A stretch of 58,922 bases of DNA from Actinomycetota bacterium (GTDB taxonomy: Bacteria > Margulisbacteria > Marinamargulisbacteria > GCA-2716485), in assembly GCA_002716485.1 (NCBI GenBank), contig PBBE01000015.1, positions 1-58,922 of the forward strand. Direction: 5' to 3'. A program made the translations under genes and the position numbers. Shown piece by piece: positions 45,530-55,156 of the stretch; the first letter of the stretch is position 1, and the number at the start of each line of letters is the position of its first letter. The notes beneath the pieces were generated by a model. That model ran no database searches and was not told the DNA's origin. It saw only the letters and a program-made list of their open reading frames with translations.

Positions 45530-46704
45530 GACTGATCTTCCACATGCCAGGGCAAGCCATGATTGGCCAAATCTTTTAGAAAGGGCATTGGATCTAGCTG
45601 CTCTATATTTACGGTCCCATGCTGCATCCATGCCCCTGTTAATACTTGTTTGGCCCCCACCATTGCCGGAACCCCCGTTGTATAAGATACCGCCTGTGCA
45701 TTGAGCTCCTGAAAGGCGTTTTGATGATCACAAATGTTATAAATAACGATCTGTTTATCACGGCCATTTTGACGCCCCTTAATGATACAGCCAATACAAG
45801 TTTTACCTTGATAACTTTGACCTAATGAGGCAGGGCTAGGTAAGACTTCTTTTAAAAACTGTAATGGCACAATTTCTTTGCCGTCATACATAATTGGCTC
45901 AATGCTGGTCATGTTGACATTTTGTAGTACTTTTAAATGATTGAGGTAAGTCTCTGAAAAGGTCATCCAAAATCGAATTCGCTTTATTTCAGGCAAATGC
46001 TTGACTAAAGACTCAAGCTCTTCGTGATACATTAAATAAGCCTTCCGGCTCCCAATTTGAGGAAAGTCAATTTCTTTAGACTCCGATAAAGGCTCCGTTT
46101 CAATCCACTTTCCGTTTGCATAATAACGACCCCGTTGAGTAATCTCTCGGATATCAATTTCAGGATTAAAATTGGTGGCAAACGGGTGCTCATGCGCACC
46201 ATCATTGCAATCCACAATATCAATCGTCTCAATCTCATCAAATAAATGCTGCTTTGCATAGGCACAAAAGGCATTGGTCACCCCTGGGTCAAAGCCACAT
46301 CCTAAAAGGGCCATGCAATGGGCTGATTTAAATGCCTGATCTAGGTCCCATTGCCAAGAATACGAAAACTTAGCCTCCTCCTTGGGCTCATAATTTGCCG
46401 TATCTAAATAATGGGTCTGAGTCTGAATACATGCACGCATAATGGATAAATCTTGGTAAGGCAGGGCCATGTTAATCACTAATTCTGCTTGTGTTTTTTC
46501 AATTAATGAAACGACTTCATGATCATAATCTGCGTTCACCTGATGAGGGGTCACCGCCCCTTTACACTGTTCAGCTAAACGCTGACACTTCTCCCAACTT
46601 CGGTTGGCAATATGAATCCTTGAAAATATATTCGGCAACTGGGCCATCTTTTGAGTCACGACGGCGCCGGCTGCACCCGTCCCAATTAACAATACGGTAC
46701 TCAT
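45526..46704 (-). CDS. Carboxynorspermidine synthase/dehydrogenase (saccharopine dehydrogenase family)
   Basis: It has an N-terminal Rossmann motif (VLLIGTGAAGAVV), is 392 aa long, and is tightly coupled to nspC. Confidence 0.8.
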   Translation of the reverse strand: MSTVLLIGTGAAGAVVTQKMAQLPNIFSRIHIANRSWEKCQRLAEQCKGAVTPHQVNADYDHEVVSLIEKTQAELVINMALPYQDLSIMRACIQTQTHYLDTANYEPKEEAKFSYSWQWDLDQAFKSAHCMALLGCGFDPGVTNAFCAYAKQHLFDEIETIDIVDCNDGAHEHPFATNFNPEIDIREITQRGRYYANGKWIETEPLSESKEIDFPQIGSRKAYLMYHEELESLVKHLPEIKRIRFWMTFSETYLNHLKVLQNVNMTSIEPIMYDGKEIVPLQFLKEVLPSPASLGQSYQGKTCIGCIIKGRQNGRDKQIVIYNICDHQNAFQELNAQAVSYTTGVPAMVGAKQVLTGAWMQHGTVNIEQLDPMPFLKDLANHGLPWHVEDQS

Positions 46705-46912
46705 AATCCTTCACATATCCCTTCAATCAGCTCATTATTTATGGTTATTGTAATATATGTTTTTGATCTTGAACATCCTCATATTTCTATCTCTTTAGTC
46801 ATTGAAATTCTCCTTAACAGCCTTCATATTGAGACTCGGATCTAGTTGGTGCTATACTATGGCATATTAGCCTTAGGCTATACTCTTTATTTATATTAAA
46901 AAGGAAATAATT

Positions 46913-47995
46913 ATGAATTCACCGATGATTGCTTTTGGGATCCGTCGATCTCGAGAAAACAAAGTACTGGACCTGTATCTATCACCCATTTCGCCCCTTT
47001 CTATGGTGTCTGACTGGATGCAAGAAGCCAATGTTACGCCATTAAAGTCCTCCGGGTATGAATGCTTATCTTCTGATCAGGTTCAAGCCCTTATTAACAG
47101 AACCACTGAATCTGAGCACCCCCAAGCCCATCAACGATTCCTTTCAGCGATTTCTTTTGCAGAGTCTGATCACTCTTACCTAACGATTGATATTGGTTAT
47201 TTTGTTTTAGAGGCTCTAGATGACGACGTTCAAAGCCCTGAAGAGGCGTATTTTAAGTTACAACTTATTTCCCAACGCCATATTAAACCCCATGGGGCTA
47301 ACCTTAATGGTCTTTTTGCGTCACTTAATAATGTCGCCTGGACCAATAAGGGGCCCATTTTACCAGAAGACGTTGAAACACAGCGCTTGTCATCCATAAT
47401 GTCTGAGTCGCCACTCGTCATAAGCCATGTGGATAAATTCCCTTATTTGGTCAACTATCATATCCCTTCTGGGGTTCGTATTGCCTCTGGGTCTCAAGTA
47501 AGATTGGGGGCATATCTTGCCGAAGGAACCACCGTAATGCCGGCTGGATATGTGAATTTTAATGCAGGTAGTTTAGGTCAAGCCATGATCGAAGGTCGGG
47601 TATCGGCTGGTGTTGTTATTGGGGATAAGACGGATATTGGGGGTGGGGCATCGATCATGGGGACTTTATCTGGCGGCAATAATACCGTTATTGAAATTGG
47701 TCCTCAGTGCTTACTAGGCGCTAATGCAGGAACAGGGATCTCATTAGGACGAGGATGTACAATTGCAGCCGGACTTTATATCTATGCGGGTATGAAAATT
47801 GCGCTTTACAATGGGTCCCGACAGCCCGTTTGTATCGATGGAAACAATGTTGCTGACGGAGAAAATATTGTGAAGGCCAGCGAGCTATCAGGTCGTGACT
47901 ATCTCTTATTTATCCAAGACTCAAGAACAGGGCAAGTTCATTGCATGCCCAATCAAGTCCTGATTGAATTAAATACAAGTCTTCATGATAATTAA
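46913..47995 (+). CDS. dapD: 2,3,4,5-tetrahydropyridine-2,6-dicarboxylate N-succinyltransferase (long form)
   Basis: It has left-handed beta-helix hexapeptide repeats (GTTVMPAGYVNFNAGSLGQAMIEGRVSAGVVIGDKTDIGGGASIMGTLSGG) and the N-terminal domain seen in ~340-360 aa DapD proteins. Confidence 0.8.
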   Translation: MNSPMIAFGIRRSRENKVLDLYLSPISPLSMVSDWMQEANVTPLKSSGYECLSSDQVQALINRTTESEHPQAHQRFLSAISFAESDHSYLTIDIGYFVLEALDDDVQSPEEAYFKLQLISQRHIKPHGANLNGLFASLNNVAWTNKGPILPEDVETQRLSSIMSESPLVISHVDKFPYLVNYHIPSGVRIASGSQVRLGAYLAEGTTVMPAGYVNFNAGSLGQAMIEGRVSAGVVIGDKTDIGGGASIMGTLSGGNNTVIEIGPQCLLGANAGTGISLGRGCTIAAGLYIYAGMKIALYNGSRQPVCIDGNNVADGENIVKASELSGRDYLLFIQDSRTGQVHCMPNQVLIELNTSLHDN

Positions 47996-48063
47996 ATTAA
48001 ATCTTACGCTTGGGTCTTTATAAATTACGGATATTTTCTTAAGCACAAAAAACGGATCAAAAA

Positions 48064-50157
48064 ATGAGTACCGCCCACGTTGACCTAACTCATGATGCGA
48101 CGCTCACTCACCGTGACTGCTTGGCTCAATTTATTAAATTGGGCTACCAGAGGGTTGAAATGGTATTAGAAGCCGGCGATATAGCCGTTAGAGGGGCCAT
48201 CATCGACATTTACCCTGTCAACCAAACCCATCCCATTCGTATTGAATTTGAGTTAGACCATATTGATCGACTATGTACCTTTGAGCCTCAAACTCAATTA
48301 AGTATCACAGCGCTAAAGAAGACTTGCATTAAACCCTTCACCAAAAACACCCTTATTACGACCGCTATACAGCCTACGAGCATGAATACATCCCTTATTT
48401 CATCACTATCTATTGGGGATCTTGTGGTTCATGAGCATTTTGGGATTGGTCGTTTCAACGGTTTAACGCGCCTTGTGACGGCTAGTATTGAGGGGGAGTA
48501 TGTCTGGCTTCAATACCAAGAAAACGCATCTGTATACGTCCCCCTTAATAAATTGGGTTTACTCAGCTTGTATTCTAATCAAGATGCCCCTGTTTCACTC
48601 AATAATCTTAATGATCGAAAATGGGCGAAACGCACACAGGCGGCTAAAAAAGCGACCCAAGAACTGGTCGATGATATATTTCTTGTACAAAAAATTCGGC
48701 ACTTAAAACGAGGGACTGCATTTTCTCCTGATACGGATTTGCAACTTGATTTTGAGCTTCAATTCCCTCATCCATTAACCCCTGATCAACGCAGCGCTAT
48801 TGCTGAAATTAAGTCACAAATGGAATCTATTCGACCCATGGATCATTTGCTTTGCGGAGATGTTGGCTTTGGTAAAACGGAAGTATTTCTTCGGGCTGCA
48901 TTTAAGGCCATTCAAGATCGTAAACAAGTGGCCATATTGGTCCCAACCACGATTTTAGCCGATCAACATTACCAACATATTGTTGATCGATTCTCTGGTT
49001 TTGATTGTCGTATTGCGCAATTATCGCGGTTTTCTAGCAATGATGAAAAGCGAACATTAATTTCAGCGTTAAAGTCACATCAAATTGATTTGGTGATCGG
49101 TACCCATCGTTTAATTCAGAAAGATATCCAATTTGCTGATTTAGGCCTCATTATTATTGATGAGGAGCAACGATTTGGCGTCTACCACAAAGAAAAACTA
49201 AAGTCATTTAAGCACTGTGTCGATGTTTTGTCAGTAACAGCGACCCCCATCCCTAGAACCCTATACTTGGCATTAACCGGCACTAAAACCATTTCAAAAA
49301 TTGAATCGCCGCCCTTAGGTCGACAATTGATCAAGCTTAAATTACACCCGTTTTCAGAACAAGCCGTTTTAGCGGCCATTGATGACGAGCTCAACCGTAA
49401 GGGGCAAGTCTATTATGTCATTAACCATATTGATCGACTCTATCAGACGCGAAAATTCCTTTTAAAACATCGTCCACTTGCTAGAATTGAGATTATTCAC
49501 TCCCAAGTACCCAAATGTCGCCTCAAACGTATTATGCAACAAGTATATCGTCAAGAAATTGACATATTACTAAGTACCACTATCATTGAGAACGGCATTG
49601 ATATTCCAACTGTCAATACGATTATTATTATCGACGCCCAAAATTTCGGTCTTTCTCAAATCCATCAATTAAAAGGACGTGTTGGACGACGAGACACCCA
49701 AGGGATCGCTTATTAATTTACCAGTGGCAAAATTCGCCCTGATACTCAAAAACGATTAGATGCATTACGCCACTATATAGGCTTAGGCTCGGGGTACTCT
49801 CTGGCATTAAGTGATCTACAAATTCGAGGTGCTGGCCACCTTTTAGGAACCCAACAACATGGTCACATTCGAAGTATTGGGTTTCATTTATATTGCCGTT
49901 TATTAAATGATGCCACAATGCAATTAAATGGGAAGCAAGTTCAACCGCGAATTCTATCCCATATAGATCCTAACCGACTCATGATTTCAGAGACCTATAT
50001 TCCACATTATCAACAACGATTGGCGATTTATGAGCAATTAACGCAGATTTCTAATCTAGAGGCACTTACTCAATTAAAAACTTCGATTCAAGACCGATAT
50101 GGAAAACTTCCTACTCAAGTCGACAAGGTGTTTAAGTATATTAAATCGAAACTTTAA
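48064..50157 (+). pseudogene. mfd: Compact transcription-repair coupling factor interrupted by one in-frame TAA
   Basis: Track ORFs 48064..49716 and 49918..50157 are in the same frame, and 49717-49917 contains no stop. The TAA at 49714-49716 sits where Mfd proteins have AYAY(F/L) (here GIAY*FTSGKIRPDTQKRLDAL). It has the RNAP-interaction motif GDLVVHEHFGIGRF and the helicase motifs GDVGFGKTEV, DEEQRFG, TATPIPRT and QLKGRVGRR. The TRCF tail is RGAGHLLGTQQHGHIRSIGFHLY. Confidence 0.6.
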
Positions 50158-50164
50158 CCCCGAA

Positions 50165-50464
50165 TTAGCTATCGGAAGGCTTGGGCTTCACTTTTTTATC
50201 GCTTTGACGATTCTCTAGCTCTTTAAGGGCCAACATGATTTCATCTGCCATTTCAGCCGCATACTCTTCGGGTTCATTGGTCTCGCCTAATGAATAGGCC
50301 ACTTCTGCCATCCCTTTAGCTACTTTTTTCACGTTCCCCTTTTTAATCTTAACCCGTTTCTTATTGACACCAAATATTATCGAGGCTTGCTCTAGCATAT
50401 TAGAAGATAACGAGTTTTCTCCTGAATTCGGATTTTGTTGCTGGGGGTTCCGTCCAATTTCCAT
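50165..50464 (-). CDS. Small hypothetical protein
   Basis: This is a track ORF. The ATG at 50464 is preferred over the TTG at 50482. No domain was recognised. Confidence 0.35.
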   Translation of the reverse strand: MEIGRNPQQQNPNSGENSLSSNMLEQASIIFGVNKKRVKIKKGNVKKVAKGMAEVAYSLGETNEPEEYAAEMADEIMLALKELENRQSDKKVKPKPSDS

Positions 50465-50665
50465 ATTCTCATGGTACCCCAAAGGGTTTTAAGGTGCAAG
50501 GAACTTCCTACTTTTTCTTTTTTTATAGGCTAAGTTTAATTCTGAGCATAGACAATGAAATAAATATTAGGTTTAATACGTTACATACTTGTGTATCTAT
50601 AAAATAGAGTTATATACAACAGCAAAAAACAATCGCCCTTAATCGGTGCCAGCAAAGGAATTATT

Positions 50666-52468
50666 ATGGATCAAAATAAAATTAGAAATATCGCAATTAT
50701 TGCCCATGTCGACCATGGAAAAACCACCCTTGTGGATGTCCTTTTTCAACAAAGTGGTTTATTTAGAAACAATCAAGATGTTGAAGACCGGCTCATGGAC
50801 TCCATTGATATTGAAAAAGAACGGGGGATTACGATTAAATCTAAAAATGGGGCTTGTTATTACCAAGACCACATGATTAATATTATTGATACTCCTGGCC
50901 ATGCCGATTTTGGAGGTGAAGTTGAACGGGTTCTTAAAATGGCTGATGGTGCATTATTTTTGGTTGATGCCCAAGAAGGGCCCATGCCTCAGTCTTACTT
51001 TGTCTTAAAAAAAGCGGTGGCATTAAACTTACCCATCATTGTTGTCGTTAATAAAATCGACAAACCCAGCGCCCGATGTGATTGGGTCGTTGATCAAGTA
51101 TTTGATTTATTGGTTTCATTAAATGCCCCTGATGAGCTTCTTGATTTTCCCGTTTTGTATGCCTCTGCTAAGGAAGGGTATGCCACTCTTAATCTAAGTG
51201 AAAAAACAGATCATATCAAAGATGTTTTTGATGCTGTTATCACCCATATTCCAGCCCCAAAAGGGGACCCTAATGCTGACTTTCAACTATTAATTAGCGC
51301 CATTGACTACTCTCCATTTATGGGACAAATCGCAATCGGTAAAATCACGAGAGGCACGATTGCAATTAACCAAGAAATTGCCTTATGTGAAGACAATGGC
51401 ATCCTTGAAAAAGCCAGAATCAAAAAAATATATCAATTCGAAGGAACTAAGCAAGTTGAAATCAATCAAGCGACCCTGGGTCAAATCGTAGGAATTTCGG
51501 GATTAACCGCATTCAAAGTGGGACAAACGATCTCAGATCCAAATACCCCAGAATCAATTCCTGGTATTACTATCGACCCACCAACCTTATCAATGACGTT
51601 TATGGCAAATAACTCTCCCTTTTCTGGAAAAGAAGGAGAGTTTGTCACCTCCACTCAACTTAAAACCCGACTGGATCAAGAAATCTTATCTGATGTGGCC
51701 TTAACCGTGGATGTTTTGGCTGATGAAGGAGGATTTAAAGTGTCGGGTAGGGGAGAACTTCATTTATCGATTCTGATCGAAAAATTACGTCGAGAAGGAT
51801 ATGAATTCCAAGTCTCTCAACCCAATGTTATTTTCAAAGAAGAGAATGGCCAGAAACTCGAACCTTATGAAGAACTGACTATTGAGGTTCAAGAGGACTA
51901 TTTAGGGGCTATTATTGAACAACTCGGAGAACGAAAGGGTACCTGTATTAACATGCAACAAGAAAATGGGCTTGCACAACTGGTGTATGAGTTGCCTACC
52001 CGGGGTTTATTAGGCTATCAATCACAATTCATGAGTGATTCTAAGGGTATGGGTGTCATGTACTACCGATTTTCTAAATACGGGCCTTATGCTGGGGTGA
52101 TCAAAACACGAAAAAATGGGGTGCTCATTGCCAATCAACCTGGTAGCACCCTTGCTTATGCATTATTTAATCTCCAAGATCGAGGAAAGTTATTTATTGA
52201 ACCAGGAACAGAGGTCTATGAAGGTCAAATTATTGGTGAGCATTGCCGTGAAGATGACCTTAATGTCAATCCAATCAAAGGCAAAAAGCTAACCAATGTT
52301 CGTGCCTCAGGTTCAGATGATGCGATTATTTTAACCCCAATTACACGATTAAGTCTTGAACAATGCTTGTCATTTATTGATGATACTGAGTTGGTAGAGT
52401 GTACGCCTAAAGCCATTCGTATTAGAAAACGAATCTTATCAGAGAGTAATCGAAAACGACAGCGGTAA
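50666..52468 (+). CDS. typA: Translational GTPase TypA/BipA
   Basis: [31 protein letters not shown] and NKIDK are the G-motifs. The EF-G-like domains and BipA-specific C-terminus are present. The protein is 600 aa. Confidence 0.95.
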   Translation: MDQNKIRNIAIIAHVDHGKTTLVDVLFQQSGLFRNNQDVEDRLMDSIDIEKERGITIKSKNGACYYQDHMINIIDTPGHADFGGEVERVLKMADGALFLVDAQEGPMPQSYFVLKKAVALNLPIIVVVNKIDKPSARCDWVVDQVFDLLVSLNAPDELLDFPVLYASAKEGYATLNLSEKTDHIKDVFDAVITHIPAPKGDPNADFQLLISAIDYSPFMGQIAIGKITRGTIAINQEIALCEDNGILEKARIKKIYQFEGTKQVEINQATLGQIVGISGLTAFKVGQTISDPNTPESIPGITIDPPTLSMTFMANNSPFSGKEGEFVTSTQLKTRLDQEILSDVALTVDVLADEGGFKVSGRGELHLSILIEKLRREGYEFQVSQPNVIFKEENGQKLEPYEELTIEVQEDYLGAIIEQLGERKGTCINMQQENGLAQLVYELPTRGLLGYQSQFMSDSKGMGVMYYRFSKYGPYAGVIKTRKNGVLIANQPGSTLAYALFNLQDRGKLFIEPGTEVYEGQIIGEHCREDDLNVNPIKGKKLTNVRASGSDDAIILTPITRLSLEQCLSFIDDTELVECTPKAIRIRKRILSESNRKRQR

Positions 52469-52481
52469 TTAGGTGTAAGCG

Positions 52482-53216
52482 CTAATACTCTATTTTAAAT
52501 ACTGAGTTTTGATGAAATGGTGGTCGCTGATCGCAATTAAATTGACGTAATACATGGGGGGGCACACCAATATCCACAAGAAACACATCCCCTAAGTACG
52601 ATTTTGATGCGTCTTTTAAAAACCCTATCTTTGGAAGCGCAAATGTCACCGTCATTGTTGCTTTTACAATGGGTGAATGAATCGGGCCATCACTCGCATC
52701 CAAACCGCTAGGGATATCCACCGATATCACCGGGACATTTGCGTGATTAAGCTGATTAATAATGGGTACTATGGGTGGGCGTGCTGCTAATTTTAAACCG
52801 ACGCCTAATAGCCCATCAATCACCAAATCAACTGAATCTAAATCAAAATCTTGTCGACTAAGCACCCGACAGCCCGGCGCCACTTTAACCTGTGATAACT
52901 GGCGAAATGAAAGTCCCTTATACTCCTGAATATCCGCCATTAAAAAGATGCTCACTTGATGCCCCCAGTTCGACAAATACATGGCAGCTAAAAGGGCATC
53001 GGCCCCGTTATGCCCTTTTCCGGCTAATACGGCTATTCGAGATGGGCGTTTGATATACTCGTTGCTAAGCCTTGCCAAGTGCCAGGCCGCAATAGTCATT
53101 AATTGATCGGTGGGCACCCATGCCTTTTTAATGCACGCTAAATCAATATCTCTCGCCTGCTGTGCTGAGACATGGCTGATTTGTGTTGCAAAGAGGCTAT
53201 CTTTTTTGATTATCAT
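52482..53216 (-). CDS. NAD(P)H-hydrate epimerase (YjeF N-terminal domain)
   Basis: AGKGHNGADALLAAMYL (compare GxGNNGGDG), VIDGLLGVGL and ISVDIPSGL match it. Confidence 0.75.
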   Translation of the reverse strand: MIIKKDSLFATQISHVSAQQARDIDLACIKKAWVPTDQLMTIAAWHLARLSNEYIKRPSRIAVLAGKGHNGADALLAAMYLSNWGHQVSIFLMADIQEYKGLSFRQLSQVKVAPGCRVLSRQDFDLDSVDLVIDGLLGVGLKLAARPPIVPIINQLNHANVPVISVDIPSGLDASDGPIHSPIVKATMTVTFALPKIGFLKDASKSYLGDVFLVDIGVPPHVLRQFNCDQRPPFHQNSVFKIEY

Positions 53217-53232
53217 CCTTAGTCTTTATTTT

Positions 53233-53263
53233 ATTAAAAGGGACTGTTTTTTTAAACAGCCCC
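53233..53263 (-). terminator. Candidate rho-independent terminator downstream of the response-regulator gene
   Basis: On the minus strand it reads GGGGCTGTTT-aaaa-AAACAGTCCC (one mismatch) followed by TTTTAATAAAAT. Confidence 0.4.
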
Positions 53264-53386
53264 TTATGGTTGCCAAGTTCCCCCGCTCTTTCTGGCATAT
53301 TATAGTGATACCCACGATCACGCATCTTTAAACATGCGCTTCATGACGACACTTATGAAAATGGCTTAAGTTAAGATACGCCATTC

Positions 53387-53803
53387 TTATTTTGTGAGGG
53401 CTACATTCCCTAACAATGTCTTTCCAAGAAGTTCAAATAGGTCCTCAAATTGATATGGCTTTTGCATAAATTGACACCCCTTCAAGTCCTTTATCAAACG
53501 CTTATTCTCATGGTTAAAGTCAGCGGATGTAAATATAAATTTGGCATGACATTGCTGGCTCAGTAGATATGCAGTTTCAAATCCATCCATCCCTTGTGCT
53601 AATAATATATCAATAATAACCAGCTGGGGAGTGACTTTTTTGGCCAATTGAATCGCGGATTCTCCACTGCTCATCACATGGATATTAGAAAAGCCTTTTT
53701 TTTGTAGTTTTCTAGATAAATTATTAGAAATAATGGCCTCATCTTCTACAATGAAGACCTGATATTGACTTAAATTTAACGCTTGGATATGTTTGCTAGT
53801 CAT
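53387..53803 (-). CDS. Single-domain response regulator (CheY-like receiver)
   Basis: It has VFIVEDEAII and the phospho-acceptor region LVIIDILLAQGMDG. At 138 aa it has no output domain. Confidence 0.8.
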   Translation of the reverse strand: MTSKHIQALNLSQYQVFIVEDEAIISNNLSRKLQKKGFSNIHVMSSGESAIQLAKKVTPQLVIIDILLAQGMDGFETAYLLSQQCHAKFIFTSADFNHENKRLIKDLKGCQFMQKPYQFEDLFELLGKTLLGNVALTK

Positions 53804-54025
53804 TAATATAAGATTATATCCCTTTTAGCTATGCTTGACTATAGCTTTTATTGAATTACTTATTTAAATGGTATGCCCAACATAAGACCTTTTTATATCT
53901 TTCCATATCATTTCCATATACCTACGCTAGCTGTTCTGTATTTTTTTATTTGAAATCCAATTTAAATTTAGTATAATAAAACTATCTCAATAAAATTTTT
54001 ATTCGGAACTCGTTCCAAATCAAAG

Positions 54026-54484
54026 GTGGTCAACTTGCAAGATCAATCATTTTATACGTTATATGAAGTAGAAAAACAAACTAAGGGGAGGCTTACCAAG
54101 TACAAATTGGTAAAAGCGATTCAAGATGGAGACTTAATCGCAACGGAACAATCCCCCTCAGGAAAGGGTAGAGGATATAGTAAGTATGTGATTTCAGCTG
54201 ATAACCTCAACCAATTTTTGATTCAAGAATCTAAAAAAGCCAAAGCCCCTGTTAATTTTGATATTATAAATAATCAGACAGAAAGCATATTTGATAAGAA
54301 TGAGAAAAACGAACTTCAATCCCTTAAAGAAAGAGTACGTCTATTAGAAGAAAGAAACCAAGAAATTATTACAACCCAACAAATCAGTGATCAACGAAAG
54401 AAACTTATTTCTCAATTAAAGTCCTCTAAGTTAACATCTACTGAAAAAGATACGATATTAACGGAACTAAGTTTAATCTCATAA
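54026..54484 (+). CDS. Hypothetical protein with an N-terminal excisionase/MerR-like HTH and a coiled-coil tail
   Basis: FYTLYEVEKQTKGRLTKYKLVKAIQDGDLIA follows the HTH_17-type pattern. The C-terminus contains heptad-like LQSLKERVRLLEERNQE. The call is weak. Confidence 0.4.
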   Translation: MVNLQDQSFYTLYEVEKQTKGRLTKYKLVKAIQDGDLIATEQSPSGKGRGYSKYVISADNLNQFLIQESKKAKAPVNFDIINNQTESIFDKNEKNELQSLKERVRLLEERNQEIITTQQISDQRKKLISQLKSSKLTSTEKDTILTELSLIS

Positions 54485-54490
54485 GCATAA

Positions 54491-55105
54491 GTGTCATTTG
54501 CCCCTCTATTTAATTGGCTATTGCCACCTAAATGTGAATTATGCGAGCGACATTCAACTCCTATTATTTGTACTCACTGTGAACAAGAACTAAACTTTTC
54601 AGTCTCTTTTCGAAAGCATCTTGATACAAAGATTCAATTATTTGCTTTAGGTGACTATCAAAACCCATTACTAAAAAAACTGATTCAAGAGATTAAATTT
54701 AACGGCAATCAGCGTCTTGCTCATTGGGTCTCTCATGCGATTAAGGGCCTAACATTTAATATCGATATATCGTTATTAATTCCTGTGCCTTCTCATATTA
54801 ACCGGCTTCAACAGCGACCATTTAATCATGTTCACGCGATTTTCCGTCATTTATTATTAAGTTATCCAAGTACGTCATGTATTGTTCGTACCCGAGATAC
54901 CCCACATTTATTTGATCAATCAAAACCTGACCGAATCCGTCTTTTAAAGGGGGCTTTTAAAGTGAGAGAGCCTGCCTCTATTCAAAATCAATCAATCGTT
55001 CTTTTGGATGACATCGTCAGCACAGGCGCCACTATTTTGGAGTTGTCACGATGCTTATTGCCTTATCGCCCCCGTTCTATTAGCGTTATTAGCTTATCCC
55101 ATTAA
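54491..55105 (+). CDS. ComF-family phosphoribosyltransferase-like protein
   Basis: It has an N-terminal CxxC...CxxC zinc-ribbon (CELCERHSTPIICTHC) and the PRTase motif IVLLDDIVSTGATI. Confidence 0.75.
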   Translation: MSFAPLFNWLLPPKCELCERHSTPIICTHCEQELNFSVSFRKHLDTKIQLFALGDYQNPLLKKLIQEIKFNGNQRLAHWVSHAIKGLTFNIDISLLIPVPSHINRLQQRPFNHVHAIFRHLLLSYPSTSCIVRTRDTPHLFDQSKPDRIRLLKGAFKVREPASIQNQSIVLLDDIVSTGATILELSRCLLPYRPRSISVISLSH

Positions 55106-55156
55106 TTTTCGTGATTACATTGATGGATTACCCAAGTTAATTTACACTGTATTTTA

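Noticed and set aside
49718-49918. 66 aa minus-strand ORF between the two mfd pieces
   Set aside because: It lies antisense to a segment that translates on the plus strand into highly conserved Mfd sequence (RGAGHLLGTQQHGHIRSIGFHLY), so it is a shadow ORF.
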